From a virus (lineage: Duplodnaviria; Heunggongvirae; Uroviricota; Caudoviricetes), in IMG/VR virus record IMGVR_UViG_2923318301_000003: a stretch of DNA of 53,582 nt. One strand, 5' to 3'. Positions within the stretch are counted from its first letter, which is position 1. Every line of letters begins with the position of its first letter. The translations under genes and the position numbers were made by a program. Positions 10,197 through 24,511 of this stretch are shown in pieces. The notes below the pieces were generated by a model. The model was not told the DNA's origin, searched no databases, and was given only the letters and a program-made list of their open reading frames with translations.

Positions 10197-11228
10197 TTAC
10201 GCGAATTCTTCCACGATCGCCATGCCAGTAGCACCATCACCACCGGTAAATGCCGTACCGGTAAACCCAAGGTCATACGCGCCACCACCACCGGATCCGG
10301 GAGCTGCGCCAGCAATACCGGCCTGAGAACCCGCCCGGCCACCGCCGCCAAAATACGACGCCCCGCCGTTGCCCGTCAGAAGGCTTGAGCCTGTCTGTCC
10401 ATCTGAGCCGGTACCACCGTTGATCCTGATATCTCCGGTCGCCGCCGTACCTCCGGCGCCGCCGGCGGTATTGGACACGCCTGACTTCACGCCGCCTTTC
10501 CCGCCAGGAGCTGAGAACAGGCTGGCAAACGAGGTAGCACCACCATCCGCACCACTTACTGCGCCAACTCCGCCCTTACCACCCTTGCCGACAGTAATCG
10601 CGTAAGAACTGGCAGCAGACAGGTCAACCCATACGATAATGGTCGCACCCGCACCGCCGCCGGCACCGGAGAAGGTTTCTGTATTGTTGGAGGCCTGGCA
10701 GCCGCCACCGCCACCACCGGCGCCGGTCAACGTTACTTTTGCATAACGGGCCAGAGGAGATCGCGTATAGGTTCCGTTTGCATAGAAAGCTTTTGGAGCG
10801 CCAAGAGAACGCCCGACAAAACCAGAGGAATCAGATATTCCGAGGTTATAACGGGCTTCATTTACCGCATCTTCACCGGCATCTTTAATTTCTGACAGGT
10901 TATTACTGATCTGCAGGAAAGATAATAATGACCCGGCGGTCATTAAATTCGCGACAATGTCATTCGTTGACCATACGCGCGCCGTAGTTCCTTCCTGACC
11001 ACGAATTACTGTCATCACGTCACCAGATACAGATGTGACGTGCATAATTTCAGAAATTGTTTTCGTGGCCGCGTCGGTTATCGTTAATTTGAAATAACTC
11101 TGTCCCGAAACTGGCGATGGGAATAAAGACCCCGCTCCAGTACCCACGGTAATAACGGTAGCGGACGCGCTAATACCCGCAGCGAGCACACTCTTTGCGT
11201 TATTATTGGCTAATAGTTTCAACGCCAT
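10197..11228 (-). CDS. Glycine-rich tail-fibre-associated protein (distal fibre or receptor-binding partner)
   Basis: 343-aa ORF directly downstream of the side tail fibre gene; long GGxGG-rich repeats typical of phage fibre proteins. Occupies the tfa position but is larger than lambda Tfa. Confidence 0.6.
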   Translation of the reverse strand: MALKLLANNNAKSVLAAGISASATVITVGTGAGSLFPSPVSGQSYFKLTITDAATKTISEIMHVTSVSGDVMTVIRGQEGTTARVWSTNDIVANLMTAGSLLSFLQISNNLSEIKDAGEDAVNEARYNLGISDSSGFVGRSLGAPKAFYANGTYTRSPLARYAKVTLTGAGGGGGGCQASNNTETFSGAGGGAGATIIVWVDLSAASSYAITVGKGGKGGVGAVSGADGGATSFASLFSAPGGKGGVKSGVSNTAGGAGGTAATGDIRINGGTGSDGQTGSSLLTGNGGASYFGGGGRAGSQAGIAGAAPGSGGGGAYDLGFTGTAFTGGDGATGMAIVEEFA

Positions 11229-11286
11229 ATATACCCCCGCAAATCAAAAGGCCGTATTATTTAGGCCTTTTGATTTCTATTTTCCA

Positions 11287-14200
11287 TTAATTGTAGCCAT
11301 ATGACAGCCAAAGGTCGGCAAGCGTTGACGCCACAAAGCACGGGTCATACATCGTGCTGCCAGCCGCACTGCTGCCGTCAAAATCAAAGAAGCGCTTTGG
11401 TAGTCCCGGTTTCGGCCCGTACTGCGTCTCAAAAATTCCGAACAGCGATTTTGCGGCAATCATTGCTGACGGCCTGGCGGACTGAAACAGCGGCAGTAAC
11501 GCAAACGCGATAGTGTTCGCGCCACCACGTCGGCTTTCAGAGATGCAGTAATCCACCTCACTGAATCCTCCCGCGCTGTTTGACGCTGTCAGGATAAAAT
11601 TCACCAGGTCAAACTTTGGTGTCCGGTTAAGCAGCTTGCAGGCCAGCAGGTAGTTATTAGTGGCGTAAACCATGTACGGCAGGTACATGCTCTTCAGCGT
11701 GGAATCCGACGGGCCATCGAGAATAATGTTTTCCGCTTTCATGAATGTCGCTGAGTTCGTGATGAAGGTCTCCAGCGCATTGAATGCAGCAAGGTACGTC
11801 CCGCCGGTATCCAGCCCCATATAAATCGCCAGCGCCAGCACGCGCATGGCTGTCGCGTTAGAGTTGCTGTTTCCTGAGTTTGTGGCTGTCCCCACCAGAG
11901 CCACGCCACCATAGGTGTTATATGACACCATGACGGCATCCGCGAGGGATTTAATCCCCGCCTTCAGCTCGGTTTGTTTGGCTGTATCTCCGGCCTTCAC
12001 CGCCATTTTGTAGAGCCACTCATAGCACGGAATACTCAGACGCGACTGGAACTGCAACCCCCACCATCCATCAGTGAACATAATACCTGGATTAGTTATG
12101 CCGCCAAATCCCCTCATGTACGATTTAAAATTCGTATACACTGTGTTCAGCGTGCTGATGCCATACTTTTCTAACAGAAAAATCTCTGCCATGTGGCAAT
12201 AGAACTGCGTTTTCACATCGGGTCCGCCACCATAAACAGTAGCGTCAGTGCTTTTCCACCACTCAACGGATCCCCTGACGTGACAGGCGATTTTCTCCAG
12301 CATGTCCAGCCGCAGAACACCTGCATAACTGCAATCACCCATGAACCCTACCGGGCGGTTGTTAGCCTGACTTACCAGCAGTGCATTAACCTCTGAGGTG
12401 GAACTGGTGATGGTGTTGTCGCAGTCAATCCATGTCTCATGTGTCCACGTCCAGTTTTTTGGCACAGGCCAGTTCAGGAATGAATCGTCATTCAGGTCAA
12501 CGAAAAGCCATCCCGCGTCCAGCCGAGTTGTTGTGCCTGTGGGTTGCAGCGCCGTTGCCCGTATCGGGCGCGTTGGCCCATAAGCAGGGCCATCTCGGTG
12601 GATATCCCCATTAGCAAAGACCGTCGTGGCCGTAAATCGCTTGCCGGTGACTGAATCCGTCCAGTACGTCAGTGCTCTAGCGGCATCAAAGGTATATGCA
12701 CCATCATTCAGGTTCAGACGGGAATATGCACCAAATAATACTCCAGCCGGAATATCTTGCGTAGCCGTGGTCATGACCCGGATAAGCACCTTGCCATTTT
12801 TGAAAATCCGGTAGCGTACTGTGGACTGTAACGCCCCTTCAGCCAGTGTTCCGATGGTCCGGTTTCTGACGGTCAGCTCCAGCTCAGTAAAGACCGGCCC
12901 GGTATTAACCATGCGCAGTGATGCACCGAGCACCATCTTGTTACTTGAGGATCCGCCGGAGACAATCCCGGTACAGTAACAGGAATGCGCAAAACTGTGC
13001 GTCTGTCCTGCCGGGTCGGTGATACTGGTCAGCCCCAGGCTGTTCTGGCGCTGGAAAAAATACACATACCCGCCCACGGTAACGGTGAACCCGTCAGCCA
13101 CCCTCACGAGCTGCGGGAAGGACTCTGAGGCCAGGTCCTGGCGGCGACGATTGTATGCCCTGAGTTCGTAATATTTCTGCTGTCCTGATGCCAGGGTATC
13201 GGTGATGAACACAGACCCTGATGCCAGGGAGCCGTCGGCATGGTATCCGGTGTTCGATTTCAGGCGTGGATTGGGATAAACGTTATCCGCAAACTGGCAG
13301 TCAAACACGTTGCCGTCAGCGTCCATCACCTTCAGCGCATCGGAGTCCGGCACCTCGCCGGGACCAAACGACACCTTAAGCTCAACGGGATAGTTTTTAT
13401 ATTCTGCCGACAGCAGATTTTTGACGTCTGCACTTTTGCGCAGATAGTGGCCGACCAGAACCGGACGTGCCACCTTGCGCCGCCAGATGGCATACGTACC
13501 CGCTGGCAATACGGCCAGTCCTGAAGGCGCAAACCCATCACGGCTAACTGTATAGTCACCAGCAGGTAACTGAATCCTGAAAAAATCCTCAAACCCTGTC
13601 TGGGCGATCGTCGTATCATATGCCGCATATGCCGCAAAGAGGCAATCTGGCGCTATTGAGTTGATGTAATCAACAACGGTCGACGCCGTATAACCAGCAG
13701 CCGTAAGTTCAGCGATGGTAACCACGAACTGAATGGCGTTGGCAATTGCTGTCCCGGATATTGACTTCCTTGTGACGGAGTTAACTGAGCCTGCCTGCGC
13801 CGGATAAAACTTGCCTGTAATATCAAGTGCAATATAGTTTGAGCCTGCTACCGGAACACCAAACCCAGCCGGCAGGTCATAGCGAACCCGAACTACACTA
13901 CTGGTCGTTTCCAGAATGGAAACATACTTCAAATCCTGAAATCGGAACAGGCGATACGCTGACCAGAATTTACCATCAGAATACTGGGTGTTCGTCCCAG
14001 GAAAAACCAGTGACGCAACCTCAGAACCCAGCGAAGAAAAAACAAGGCGATAGAAGTTTGTGTTTACATCCGTAGTGGTTGCCAGAGACAAAAATTCTAA
14101 TACTGAATTTTCCGGTAATGGTAGTGCTGTATCATCAAGAGATTTGAATTCAATCAAATCCTGATAATCACCATTTTTTCTTCTAGTTGCTTCTCTTGAT

Positions 14201-15027
14201 ATAGACGAAGATAGGCTGTACTGGGAAATAATTGTTCTCCCGGTTGCAGTCATAACCCCGGATGTATTTACATACTCGTCAGCCAGCGAGGTATTTATAG
14301 CACTGGTTACCCAGCATTTTGAACCAGAAAGAATATTGCCAGCGTCTGCATCAGCCTGTGCCGCCTCCAGCGTGGGAAATTCGCGGATTGTCCCTGTTAT
14401 AGCAGCTGTGCCTGGCTGAGAAGCCTGTAGTATAGCCACGCCATCCTGGTTCTCGTAGGTTTTGAATGCCGCTGTTGCTCCCGGGCCTTCCGCTACACGG
14501 AAAGACTGCCCGCTGGTAGTAGCAGCAAGGCCTGCAATTGTACCGTCCGGATCGCTCGGCGTTTTATAGAACGTGAACTTATTCAGCGCATATTCAGAAG
14601 CATTGCTCGCGAACTCTTCGGCCTGAGAGGCAGAAATAGCAGCCTCTGCCGTGTTCTGTGCCACCGCGGACGCGTTACGCGCCACTTCTTCCACCATCAG
14701 CTCAAAACGGCGCAGTGCCTCCGGACGGGCATCATCCTCCGTCATGGCACCGAGAAAATCATTCAGCGTACCCGGTTGTGAGTCTTCATACACGGTGATG
14801 GTCCCGGCATGCGATGGCGGGAAGCCTTCCACCAACAGAATAACGCTGTACTGACCGTACTCAACGTCCATGCTGTAACGCCCGGCTTCATCCGGATTTT
14901 CTGAGGCCACCGTGTTCACCACCACCGTGGTGCTGTTACGTTTTGCTTTCAGCTGGATTGTGCAGTTCTGTACCGGTTTACCTGCGCCGTCTTTCAGTAC
15001 ACCTGAAATCTTTACTGCCATATTCAC
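11287..15027 (-). CDS. stf: Side tail fibre protein, chimeric (lambda Stf-like N-terminus, divergent distal region)
   Basis: N-terminal ~150 aa (MAVKISGVLKDGAGKPVQNCTIQLKA...) match lambda Stf from memory; the remaining ~1100 aa are not lambda-like; 1246 aa. Confidence 0.8.
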   Translation of the reverse strand: MNMAVKISGVLKDGAGKPVQNCTIQLKAKRNSTTVVVNTVASENPDEAGRYSMDVEYGQYSVILLVEGFPPSHAGTITVYEDSQPGTLNDFLGAMTEDDARPEALRRFELMVEEVARNASAVAQNTAEAAISASQAEEFASNASEYALNKFTFYKTPSDPDGTIAGLAATTSGQSFRVAEGPGATAAFKTYENQDGVAILQASQPGTAAITGTIREFPTLEAAQADADAGNILSGSKCWVTSAINTSLADEYVNTSGVMTATGRTIISQYSLSSSISREATRRKNGDYQDLIEFKSLDDTALPLPENSVLEFLSLATTTDVNTNFYRLVFSSLGSEVASLVFPGTNTQYSDGKFWSAYRLFRFQDLKYVSILETTSSVVRVRYDLPAGFGVPVAGSNYIALDITGKFYPAQAGSVNSVTRKSISGTAIANAIQFVVTIAELTAAGYTASTVVDYINSIAPDCLFAAYAAYDTTIAQTGFEDFFRIQLPAGDYTVSRDGFAPSGLAVLPAGTYAIWRRKVARPVLVGHYLRKSADVKNLLSAEYKNYPVELKVSFGPGEVPDSDALKVMDADGNVFDCQFADNVYPNPRLKSNTGYHADGSLASGSVFITDTLASGQQKYYELRAYNRRRQDLASESFPQLVRVADGFTVTVGGYVYFFQRQNSLGLTSITDPAGQTHSFAHSCYCTGIVSGGSSSNKMVLGASLRMVNTGPVFTELELTVRNRTIGTLAEGALQSTVRYRIFKNGKVLIRVMTTATQDIPAGVLFGAYSRLNLNDGAYTFDAARALTYWTDSVTGKRFTATTVFANGDIHRDGPAYGPTRPIRATALQPTGTTTRLDAGWLFVDLNDDSFLNWPVPKNWTWTHETWIDCDNTITSSTSEVNALLVSQANNRPVGFMGDCSYAGVLRLDMLEKIACHVRGSVEWWKSTDATVYGGGPDVKTQFYCHMAEIFLLEKYGISTLNTVYTNFKSYMRGFGGITNPGIMFTDGWWGLQFQSRLSIPCYEWLYKMAVKAGDTAKQTELKAGIKSLADAVMVSYNTYGGVALVGTATNSGNSNSNATAMRVLALAIYMGLDTGGTYLAAFNALETFITNSATFMKAENIILDGPSDSTLKSMYLPYMVYATNNYLLACKLLNRTPKFDLVNFILTASNSAGGFSEVDYCISESRRGGANTIAFALLPLFQSARPSAMIAAKSLFGIFETQYGPKPGLPKRFFDFDGSSAAGSTMYDPCFVASTLADLWLSYGYN

Positions 15028-15085
15028 CCCACAAAAAAGCCCGCCTGAACCGGCGGGCTGTCATAACACTGTGTTACCTGGCTAA

Positions 15086-15685
15086 TCAGAATTTATAACC
15101 GACACCCACGATGAAACCGTCAGTGCGCCAGTCACCACTGCCGGAGCCTTCATAAGTAATATCAATGGCCACGGATTCGGTCGGGTTAAACTGCACGCCA
15201 GCCCCCCACGCCAGAGACGTGTTGCTGTGGCGACCGTCATCACTTCCGGTCAGCACATCGTGCGTTTTCCCCTTGCTGTCAGTTACGCGGAGATAATCCC
15301 CGGAAAAAGTCGAAACACGGCTGTAAGCCACACCTGCCATCGCATAAGCACTGAACCATTCATTCACGCGTACAGACGGCCCCACCATCACGCTGAACCA
15401 GCGGTTACGCACGGAATCTTCATGCCAGCGGGTATCGCTGTAACGGGTAAGCTGGCGATTCTTGTCTCCTGCATAGCTGAATGACGTCACCAGCCCCAGT
15501 GTGTCCGTAAACTCATAACGGTATTTCACGTTAATCCCGTTCAGATTATCGCTGCCGGGAGCGTTCGTACGGGCATGAAGATACCCCGCGCTCAGTGTGG
15601 ACTGATGTTCAGACGCCCATGCAGGCGCACCGGATACGGCCAGACAGATGGCTGCGGACAAAATGGCTGCACAAACTTTACGCAT
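15086..15685 (-). CDS. lom: Lom/Ail-family outer membrane protein
   Basis: 199-aa ORF with signal peptide and beta-barrel character ending ...GVGYKF; sits between J and stf as in lambda. Confidence 0.85.
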
Positions 15686-15751
15686 AATTACCTCTCGCTT
15701 TTCTGCAATAAAAAAGGCGTCATTTCTGACGCCCGTTATGGGTTATAAAAT

Positions 15752-19153
<3,402 letters not shown>

Positions 19154-19210
19154 TCACGCTCCAGAAACGACAAAACCGCCCGCAGGCGGTTTCACATAAA
19201 ACATTTTGCA

Positions 19211-19852
19211 TCAGCGACCAATCACCACAACCTGACCACCGTCCCCTTCGTCTGCCGTGCAGATCTCCTGAGATACCACGCGTGACCCCACGCGCATTTC
19301 ACCGTACAGAACGGGCAGAACATTCCCCTGGGCAACCATGTTATCCAGTGAAGAGAAATAGGTGTTCTGTTTACCGTTATCCGTTGTCTGTGTGCGGGGG
19401 GTTTTGGGTTTAGGGGCCAGCATCTGTGCAACACCGCCAAGCGTCATACTGGCACCGAGAGAAAACAGCAGATTACTCGCCATAATTCCTACCCCCGGCA
19501 TCCATATAGCAACCGCCATAACAGCCGCCCCCAGCACAGCCTGAAACACACCGCCACTTTTGGCTCCTGCCAGACGCGGCACGATATGGATCACAGCACC
19601 ATTTGCCAGCGGTTCATTAAGACGGGCTGATAATTCCGTTTCACCTGTATCACGCCCGGCAATGCGTACCTGATACCAGCCGTCGCTCAGCTTCTGACGA
19701 AACGCCGGGATCTGCATGGCCAGCGCCCGGATGGCTTCGGCCCCCGTTTTCACACGCAGATCGATGCGGCGGCCAAATCGTTGTAAATCCCCGTAAAGGC
19801 AGATGCGCGCCATGCCCGGTGACGCCAGAGGGAGTGTGTGCGTCGCTGCCAT
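19211..19852 (-). CDS. I: Tail assembly protein I
   Basis: 213-aa ORF in the lambda I position with lambda-like sequence. Confidence 0.9.
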   Translation of the reverse strand: MAATHTLPLASPGMARICLYGDLQRFGRRIDLRVKTGAEAIRALAMQIPAFRQKLSDGWYQVRIAGRDTGETELSARLNEPLANGAVIHIVPRLAGAKSGGVFQAVLGAAVMAVAIWMPGVGIMASNLLFSLGASMTLGGVAQMLAPKPKTPRTQTTDNGKQNTYFSSLDNMVAQGNVLPVLYGEMRVGSRVVSQEICTADEGDGGQVVVIGR

Positions 19853-20493
19853 TTGTCGGTATACCTCTCTCGTTTGCTCAGTTGTTCAGGAATATGGTGC
19901 AGCAGCTCGCCATCACCACAGTAAATGGCGGCATGATTCGGCACCGATGAACCAAAACAGCACAGCAGCACATCGCCCGGTTGTGCTGATGACAACGGCA
20001 CCTGATACAGCCCTGTGGTCTCCAGATTATCCAGATAGAGATTCTGACCTGATTTCCACCAGTCATCATGTCGGTAAAAATCCGGCAAATCGATACCTGC
20101 AAGATGATAGGCATCGCGGAACAGCGTATAACAGTCTGTCACCCCGTGCTCAAAACGCCGCCCGGTGAGATGCGGCACACAGCGGAACTTATGAATCGTC
20201 CCCCGGCAGACCAGCCACCACGGCAAATCACTCTGCACCTGCAGCCGCCGGTCAGCCTCACTCAGCCAGGGCAGACCACCTGGGTGGCTGTGGACCAGCG
20301 CCACAATCTCACCCTGCATCTCTGCCCGCAGCCAGTCCTCCGGCGACATCCGGAAATACGCCTCCGGCTCACCGGAGATATTCACGCAGGGAAAATATCT
20401 TTCCCCTTCCGGCGTTCTCACCACGAAGCCGCACGACTCCGCTGGCGCACATCGCCGGGCGTGCGCCAGAATCGCTGATTCTGTCTCTGTCAT
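19750..20493 (-). CDS. K: Tail assembly protein K (JAB/MPN plus NlpC/P60-like)
   Basis: Lambda gpK-like; HSHPGG JAMM-like motif and a Cys/His NlpC-P60-like region. The ORF overlaps I by ~100 nt; the exact stop relative to lambda was not verified. Confidence 0.85.
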   Translation of the reverse strand: MTETESAILAHARRCAPAESCGFVVRTPEGERYFPCVNISGEPEAYFRMSPEDWLRAEMQGEIVALVHSHPGGLPWLSEADRRLQVQSDLPWWLVCRGTIHKFRCVPHLTGRRFEHGVTDCYTLFRDAYHLAGIDLPDFYRHDDWWKSGQNLYLDNLETTGLYQVPLSSAQPGDVLLCCFGSSVPNHAAIYCGDGELLHHIPEQLSKRERYTDKWQRRTHSLWRHRAWRASAFTGIYNDLAAASICV

Positions 20494-20498
20494 GGGAT

Positions 20499-21197
20499 TT
20501 ACTGCGAAAGTTTGTTAATGGAAAGGAAGCCGCCAAAGTTGCCGACATTATTGCGGAACTTACAGCCACTCAGGCATTTGCTGCATTTATCCTTCGTGAT
20601 ATCGGACGTCGGCTGATCATATTCATCCGCGACAGCCGGACCGTGATAACCGCACTCATCACCGCGATAGGTCCAGGTGCAGGTATTAGCCAGCATGATG
20701 CGCCCCGGAAAAACGGCACCATCCGTTTCCGTCGGTGTGGACAACACAAAGGAGGCACTGACCGCACTCAGTTCGCTGCACTGCTCGATGCGCCAGCGGC
20801 TGATCACCTCCTGCTCCGGATCGGCGTCGCTGTTTCCGTTGACGAAGTTCACCGCATCCAGAAAACGGGCGTAAACCTTACGCCTGACCACCGTTCCGCC
20901 GACCAGACTCTGCAGGTCTTCCGCCATCCCCGTGACCATGCCGTGCAGGTTAGAAACCGTCAGTGTCGGACGGGCAGCACTGCCCTTGCCGTTCAGTTCA
21001 AATCCCGTCCCCTGAATGGGGTATGCCTGATACTGCCGCCCCTGCCAGGTGACCGGCTCACCTTTTTCGTTCTGCTCATTACAGAAAAAATAACGTTCTC
21101 CACCAACCTCTGTCAGGTCGATTTCCCAGAGCACCACGCTGGCCGACTGCTCCGCACGGGTGCATTCATTCAGTGTTTCCTGCCGGATATCCTGCAT
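20499..21197 (-). CDS. L: Tail tip protein L
   Basis: 232-aa ORF matching lambda gpL length and sequence, including the C-terminal Cys cluster. Confidence 0.95.
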   Translation of the reverse strand: MQDIRQETLNECTRAEQSASVVLWEIDLTEVGGERYFFCNEQNEKGEPVTWQGRQYQAYPIQGTGFELNGKGSAARPTLTVSNLHGMVTGMAEDLQSLVGGTVVRRKVYARFLDAVNFVNGNSDADPEQEVISRWRIEQCSELSAVSASFVLSTPTETDGAVFPGRIMLANTCTWTYRGDECGYHGPAVADEYDQPTSDITKDKCSKCLSGCKFRNNVGNFGGFLSINKLSQ

Positions 21198-21526
21198 CAG
21201 TTCACCACCTGTTCAAACTCTGCGCTGAACTCAACACGCAGCATACTGACCCGCGACGACCATTTTGCGCAGGTCACCTTTATCTGCCGCCACTCATAAG
21301 GCGGCGTCCACAGAAAGGCTTTCCAGCCCCCGTGCTCTTCCAGAAACGACTCCAGTACCGTGGCCTCCTCACGGGGGACAGAAAGCGTCACGCTGTACGT
21401 TTTCAGGTTGGCATTCAGCCCGGCAGGCGCTCGCTGGGAATAGCCATCACCAAAGCGCACCTTTCTTACAGAAGGGGCCGAAGCCACATCCATACCGGGC
21501 TTCACTTTCCAGCGGAAGGTTTTCAT
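21197..21526 (-). CDS. M: Tail tip protein M
   Basis: 109-aa ORF matching lambda gpM. Confidence 0.95.
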   Translation of the reverse strand: MKTFRWKVKPGMDVASAPSVRKVRFGDGYSQRAPAGLNANLKTYSVTLSVPREEATVLESFLEEHGGWKAFLWTPPYEWRQIKVTCAKWSSRVSMLRVEFSAEFEQVVN

Positions 21527-24084
21527 CGTCCACCTCCGGAGAACAGGCCACCATCACGCATCTGTGTCTGAATTTCATCACGGGCACCCTTGCGGGCCAT
21601 GTCATACACCGCCTTCAGAGCAGCCGGACCTATCTGCCCGTTCGTGCCATCGTTGTTAATCACCACATGGTTATTCTGCTCAAACGTCCCGGACGCCTGC
21701 GACCGGCTGTCAGCCAGACTGCCCGGTGTACCGACATAACCACCGGTGGCATAGCCGCGCATCAGCCGGTAGAGATTCCCCACGCCAATCCGGCTGGTTG
21801 CCTCCTTCGTGAAGACAAATTCACCACGGTGAACAATCCCCGCTGGCTCATATTTGCCGCCGGTTCCTGTGAATCCTCCGGTTGCAAAATGGAATTTCGC
21901 CGCAGCGGCCTGAATGGCTGTACCGCCTGACGCGGATGCGCCGCCACCAACAGCCCCGCCAATGGCGCTGCCGATACTCCCGACAATCCCCACCATTGCC
22001 TGCTTAAGCAGAATTTCTGTCATCATGGACAGCACGGAACGGGTGAAGCTGCGCCAGTTCTGTTCACTGCCGGTCAGCATCGCCGCCATATTCTGTGCAA
22101 TACCATCAAAGGTCTGCGTGGCAGCACTTTTAACCTGCGACATACTGTCCGTGGCGCTCTCTTTCCACTCGCTCCAGCCGGACTTGAGGCCTGCCATCCA
22201 GCTCCCGCGAAGCAGGTCTTCAGCCGCCCAGGTCTTTTTCTGCTCTGACATGACGTTATTCAGCGCCAGAGGATTATCGCCATACTGTTCCTTCAGGCGC
22301 TGTTCCGTGGCTTCCCGTTCTGCCTGCCGGTCAGTCAGCCCCCGGCTTTTCGCATCAATGGCGGCCCGTTTTGCCCGTTGCTGCTGTGCGAATTTATCCG
22401 CCTGCTGCGCCAGCGCGTTCAGGCGCTCCTGATACGTAACCTTGTCACCAAGTGCAGCCAGCTGGCGTTTGTACTCCAGCGTCTCGTCTTTATGCGCCAG
22501 CAGGGATTTCTCCTGTGCGGACAGCTGGCGACGTTGTGCCGCCTCCTCCAGTACCGCGAACTGACTTTCTGCCTTCCACAAATCCCGGCGCTGCTGGCTG
22601 ATTTTCTCATTCGCTCCGGCATGCTTCTCCAGCGTCCGGAGTTCAGCCTGAAGCGTCAGCAGGGCAGCATGAGCACTGTCTTCCTGACGATCGCCCGCAG
22701 ACACCTTCACGCCGGACTGTTTCGGCTTTTTCAGCGTCGCTTCATAATCCTTTTTCGCCGCCGCCATCAGCGTGTTGTAATCTGCCTGCAGGATTTTCCC
22801 GTCTTTCAGTGCCTTATTCAGTTCTTCCTGACGGGCGGTATATTTCTCCAGCGGCGTCTGCAGGCGTTCGTAAGCCTTCTGCGCCTCTTCGGTATATTTC
22901 AGCCGTGACGCTTCGGTATCGCTCTGCTGCTGCGCATTTTTGTCCTGTTGAGTCTGCTGCTCAGCCTTCTTTCGGGCGGCTTCAAGCGCAAGACGGGCCT
23001 TTTCACGATCATCCCAGTAACGCGCCCGCGCTTCATCGTTAACAAAATAATCATCCTTGCGCAGATTCCAGATGTCGTCTGCTTTCTTAAACGCAGCCTC
23101 TGCCTTAATCAGCATCTCCTGCGCGGTATCAGGACGACCAATATCCAGCACCGCATCCCACATGGATTTGAATGCCCGTGCTGTCCTCTCTGCCCAGGTC
23201 TCCAGCGTGCCCATGTTCTCTTTCAGGCGGCGGGTCTGGTCATCAAACCCTTTCGTTGCGGCCTCGTTCGCCGCCTGCAATGCCCCGGCTTCATCGCCGG
23301 AACGCTGCAACTGAGCAACATACGCAATCTGCTCCGCCGTCACGTTATGGAACTGGCGTGCCATCGCCGTCAGCCCCGACGTCGGGTCTGTGGTCAGCTT
23401 CCCGAAGGCTTCAGCGACCTTGTCCACCTCCACGCCGGATGCAGAGGAGAAACGCGCCACACTCTGGCTGATGGACGCAATCTGAGCCTCACCGCTTACC
23501 CCCGCCTTAACCAGTGCGCTGAGTGACTCGCTGGTCTGGTTAAACGTCAGCCCTGCCGCCTGCCCGGCTCTGGACAGGACCAGCATACGATCTGCCGTCA
23601 GTCCCGCCTGATTGCCGGAAAGGACCAGCGTTTTGTTGAAATCGGACAGGGTTGAGTTACCCTGATACCAGGCATACGCCAGCGCACCGGTCGCCACCGC
23701 CAGCGAGGTGGCCCCCACCATCGGCAGGGTGATCGCACCGGCAAGCCCCCTGAACATGGGGATCATCCCGCCGAAGGAGTCCTTCACCTGACCACCCTGT
23801 TGCAGCAGGATCAGCCACGGACTTTGCCCGCCTGCAAGCTGCGTGGCCACGTCAGTGAACTGTGCAGGCAGCATACGCATGGCGGCTTTATACTGCCCGA
23901 CGGAAATTCCCGCTTTCTGTGCAGCCAGCGCCTGTCGGCTCAGCGACTGTTCAACGACTGCCGCTGTTTTTTTCGCATCACTTTCCGTACCGGAAAAATG
24001 ACGTCTGACTCTGGCCATCTGCTCGTCAAATCTGGCCGCATCCAGACTCAAATCAACGACCAGATCGCCTACCGGTTCAGCCAT
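21523..24084 (-). CDS. H: Tail tape measure protein H
   Basis: 853-aa ORF with lambda gpH length and sequence. Confidence 0.95.
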   Translation of the reverse strand: MAEPVGDLVVDLSLDAARFDEQMARVRRHFSGTESDAKKTAAVVEQSLSRQALAAQKAGISVGQYKAAMRMLPAQFTDVATQLAGGQSPWLILLQQGGQVKDSFGGMIPMFRGLAGAITLPMVGATSLAVATGALAYAWYQGNSTLSDFNKTLVLSGNQAGLTADRMLVLSRAGQAAGLTFNQTSESLSALVKAGVSGEAQIASISQSVARFSSASGVEVDKVAEAFGKLTTDPTSGLTAMARQFHNVTAEQIAYVAQLQRSGDEAGALQAANEAATKGFDDQTRRLKENMGTLETWAERTARAFKSMWDAVLDIGRPDTAQEMLIKAEAAFKKADDIWNLRKDDYFVNDEARARYWDDREKARLALEAARKKAEQQTQQDKNAQQQSDTEASRLKYTEEAQKAYERLQTPLEKYTARQEELNKALKDGKILQADYNTLMAAAKKDYEATLKKPKQSGVKVSAGDRQEDSAHAALLTLQAELRTLEKHAGANEKISQQRRDLWKAESQFAVLEEAAQRRQLSAQEKSLLAHKDETLEYKRQLAALGDKVTYQERLNALAQQADKFAQQQRAKRAAIDAKSRGLTDRQAEREATEQRLKEQYGDNPLALNNVMSEQKKTWAAEDLLRGSWMAGLKSGWSEWKESATDSMSQVKSAATQTFDGIAQNMAAMLTGSEQNWRSFTRSVLSMMTEILLKQAMVGIVGSIGSAIGGAVGGGASASGGTAIQAAAAKFHFATGGFTGTGGKYEPAGIVHRGEFVFTKEATSRIGVGNLYRLMRGYATGGYVGTPGSLADSRSQASGTFEQNNHVVINNDGTNGQIGPAALKAVYDMARKGARDEIQTQMRDGGLFSGGGR

Positions 24085-24511
24085 ACCGGACTCCTCCTGC
24101 GATCCCTTCTGATACTGTCATCAGCATTACGTCATCCTCCGTCATGTCCGCCACATCCGGGGAAGTAGGGATAACTTCATTCCCGTCCGGGCCAAAGCGG
24201 ACACCTCCGGCAAGCCCTGCCGCTTTCTGCATCAGCACATCATCTTCAGGCTCTTCGTCAGCCTCGCGACGGTTCAGCAAACTGAAATCCAGCGGATGCA
24301 TATCCGGATCGCTGAAAAACAGGCTGAGCACGGTGTACGTCAGCCCGGAAAAGTGCATATCCAGCAGAACATCATGAAAATAATGGGTACTGTAAAAGCG
24401 GTGCCAGTCGGCATACTCCGTGGATGACATCCCGGCAAGCATGGCACGCCAGTCGGGTCGCCCCATCTCACGCGCCAGTTTCAGGGCAAAACTCAGCTCA
24501 CCGTCGAACAC
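24077..24511 (-). CDS. T: Tail assembly chaperone T segment, expressed as the G-T fusion by -1 frameshift
   Basis: Open frame in the -1 frame relative to G, starting at the slippery site; lambda gpT-like sequence. Confidence 0.8.
   Translation of the reverse strand: MFDGELSFALKLAREMGRPDWRAMLAGMSSTEYADWHRFYSTHYFHDVLLDMHFSGLTYTVLSLFFSDPDMHPLDFSLLNRREADEEPEDDVLMQKAAGLAGGVRFGPDGNEVIPTSPDVADMTEDDVMLMTVSEGIAGGVRYG

Noticed and set aside
21914-23526. Multiple + strand ORFs of 77-192 aa
   Set aside because: Antisense to the tape measure gene H; they reflect its repetitive Ala/Gln-rich coding sequence.
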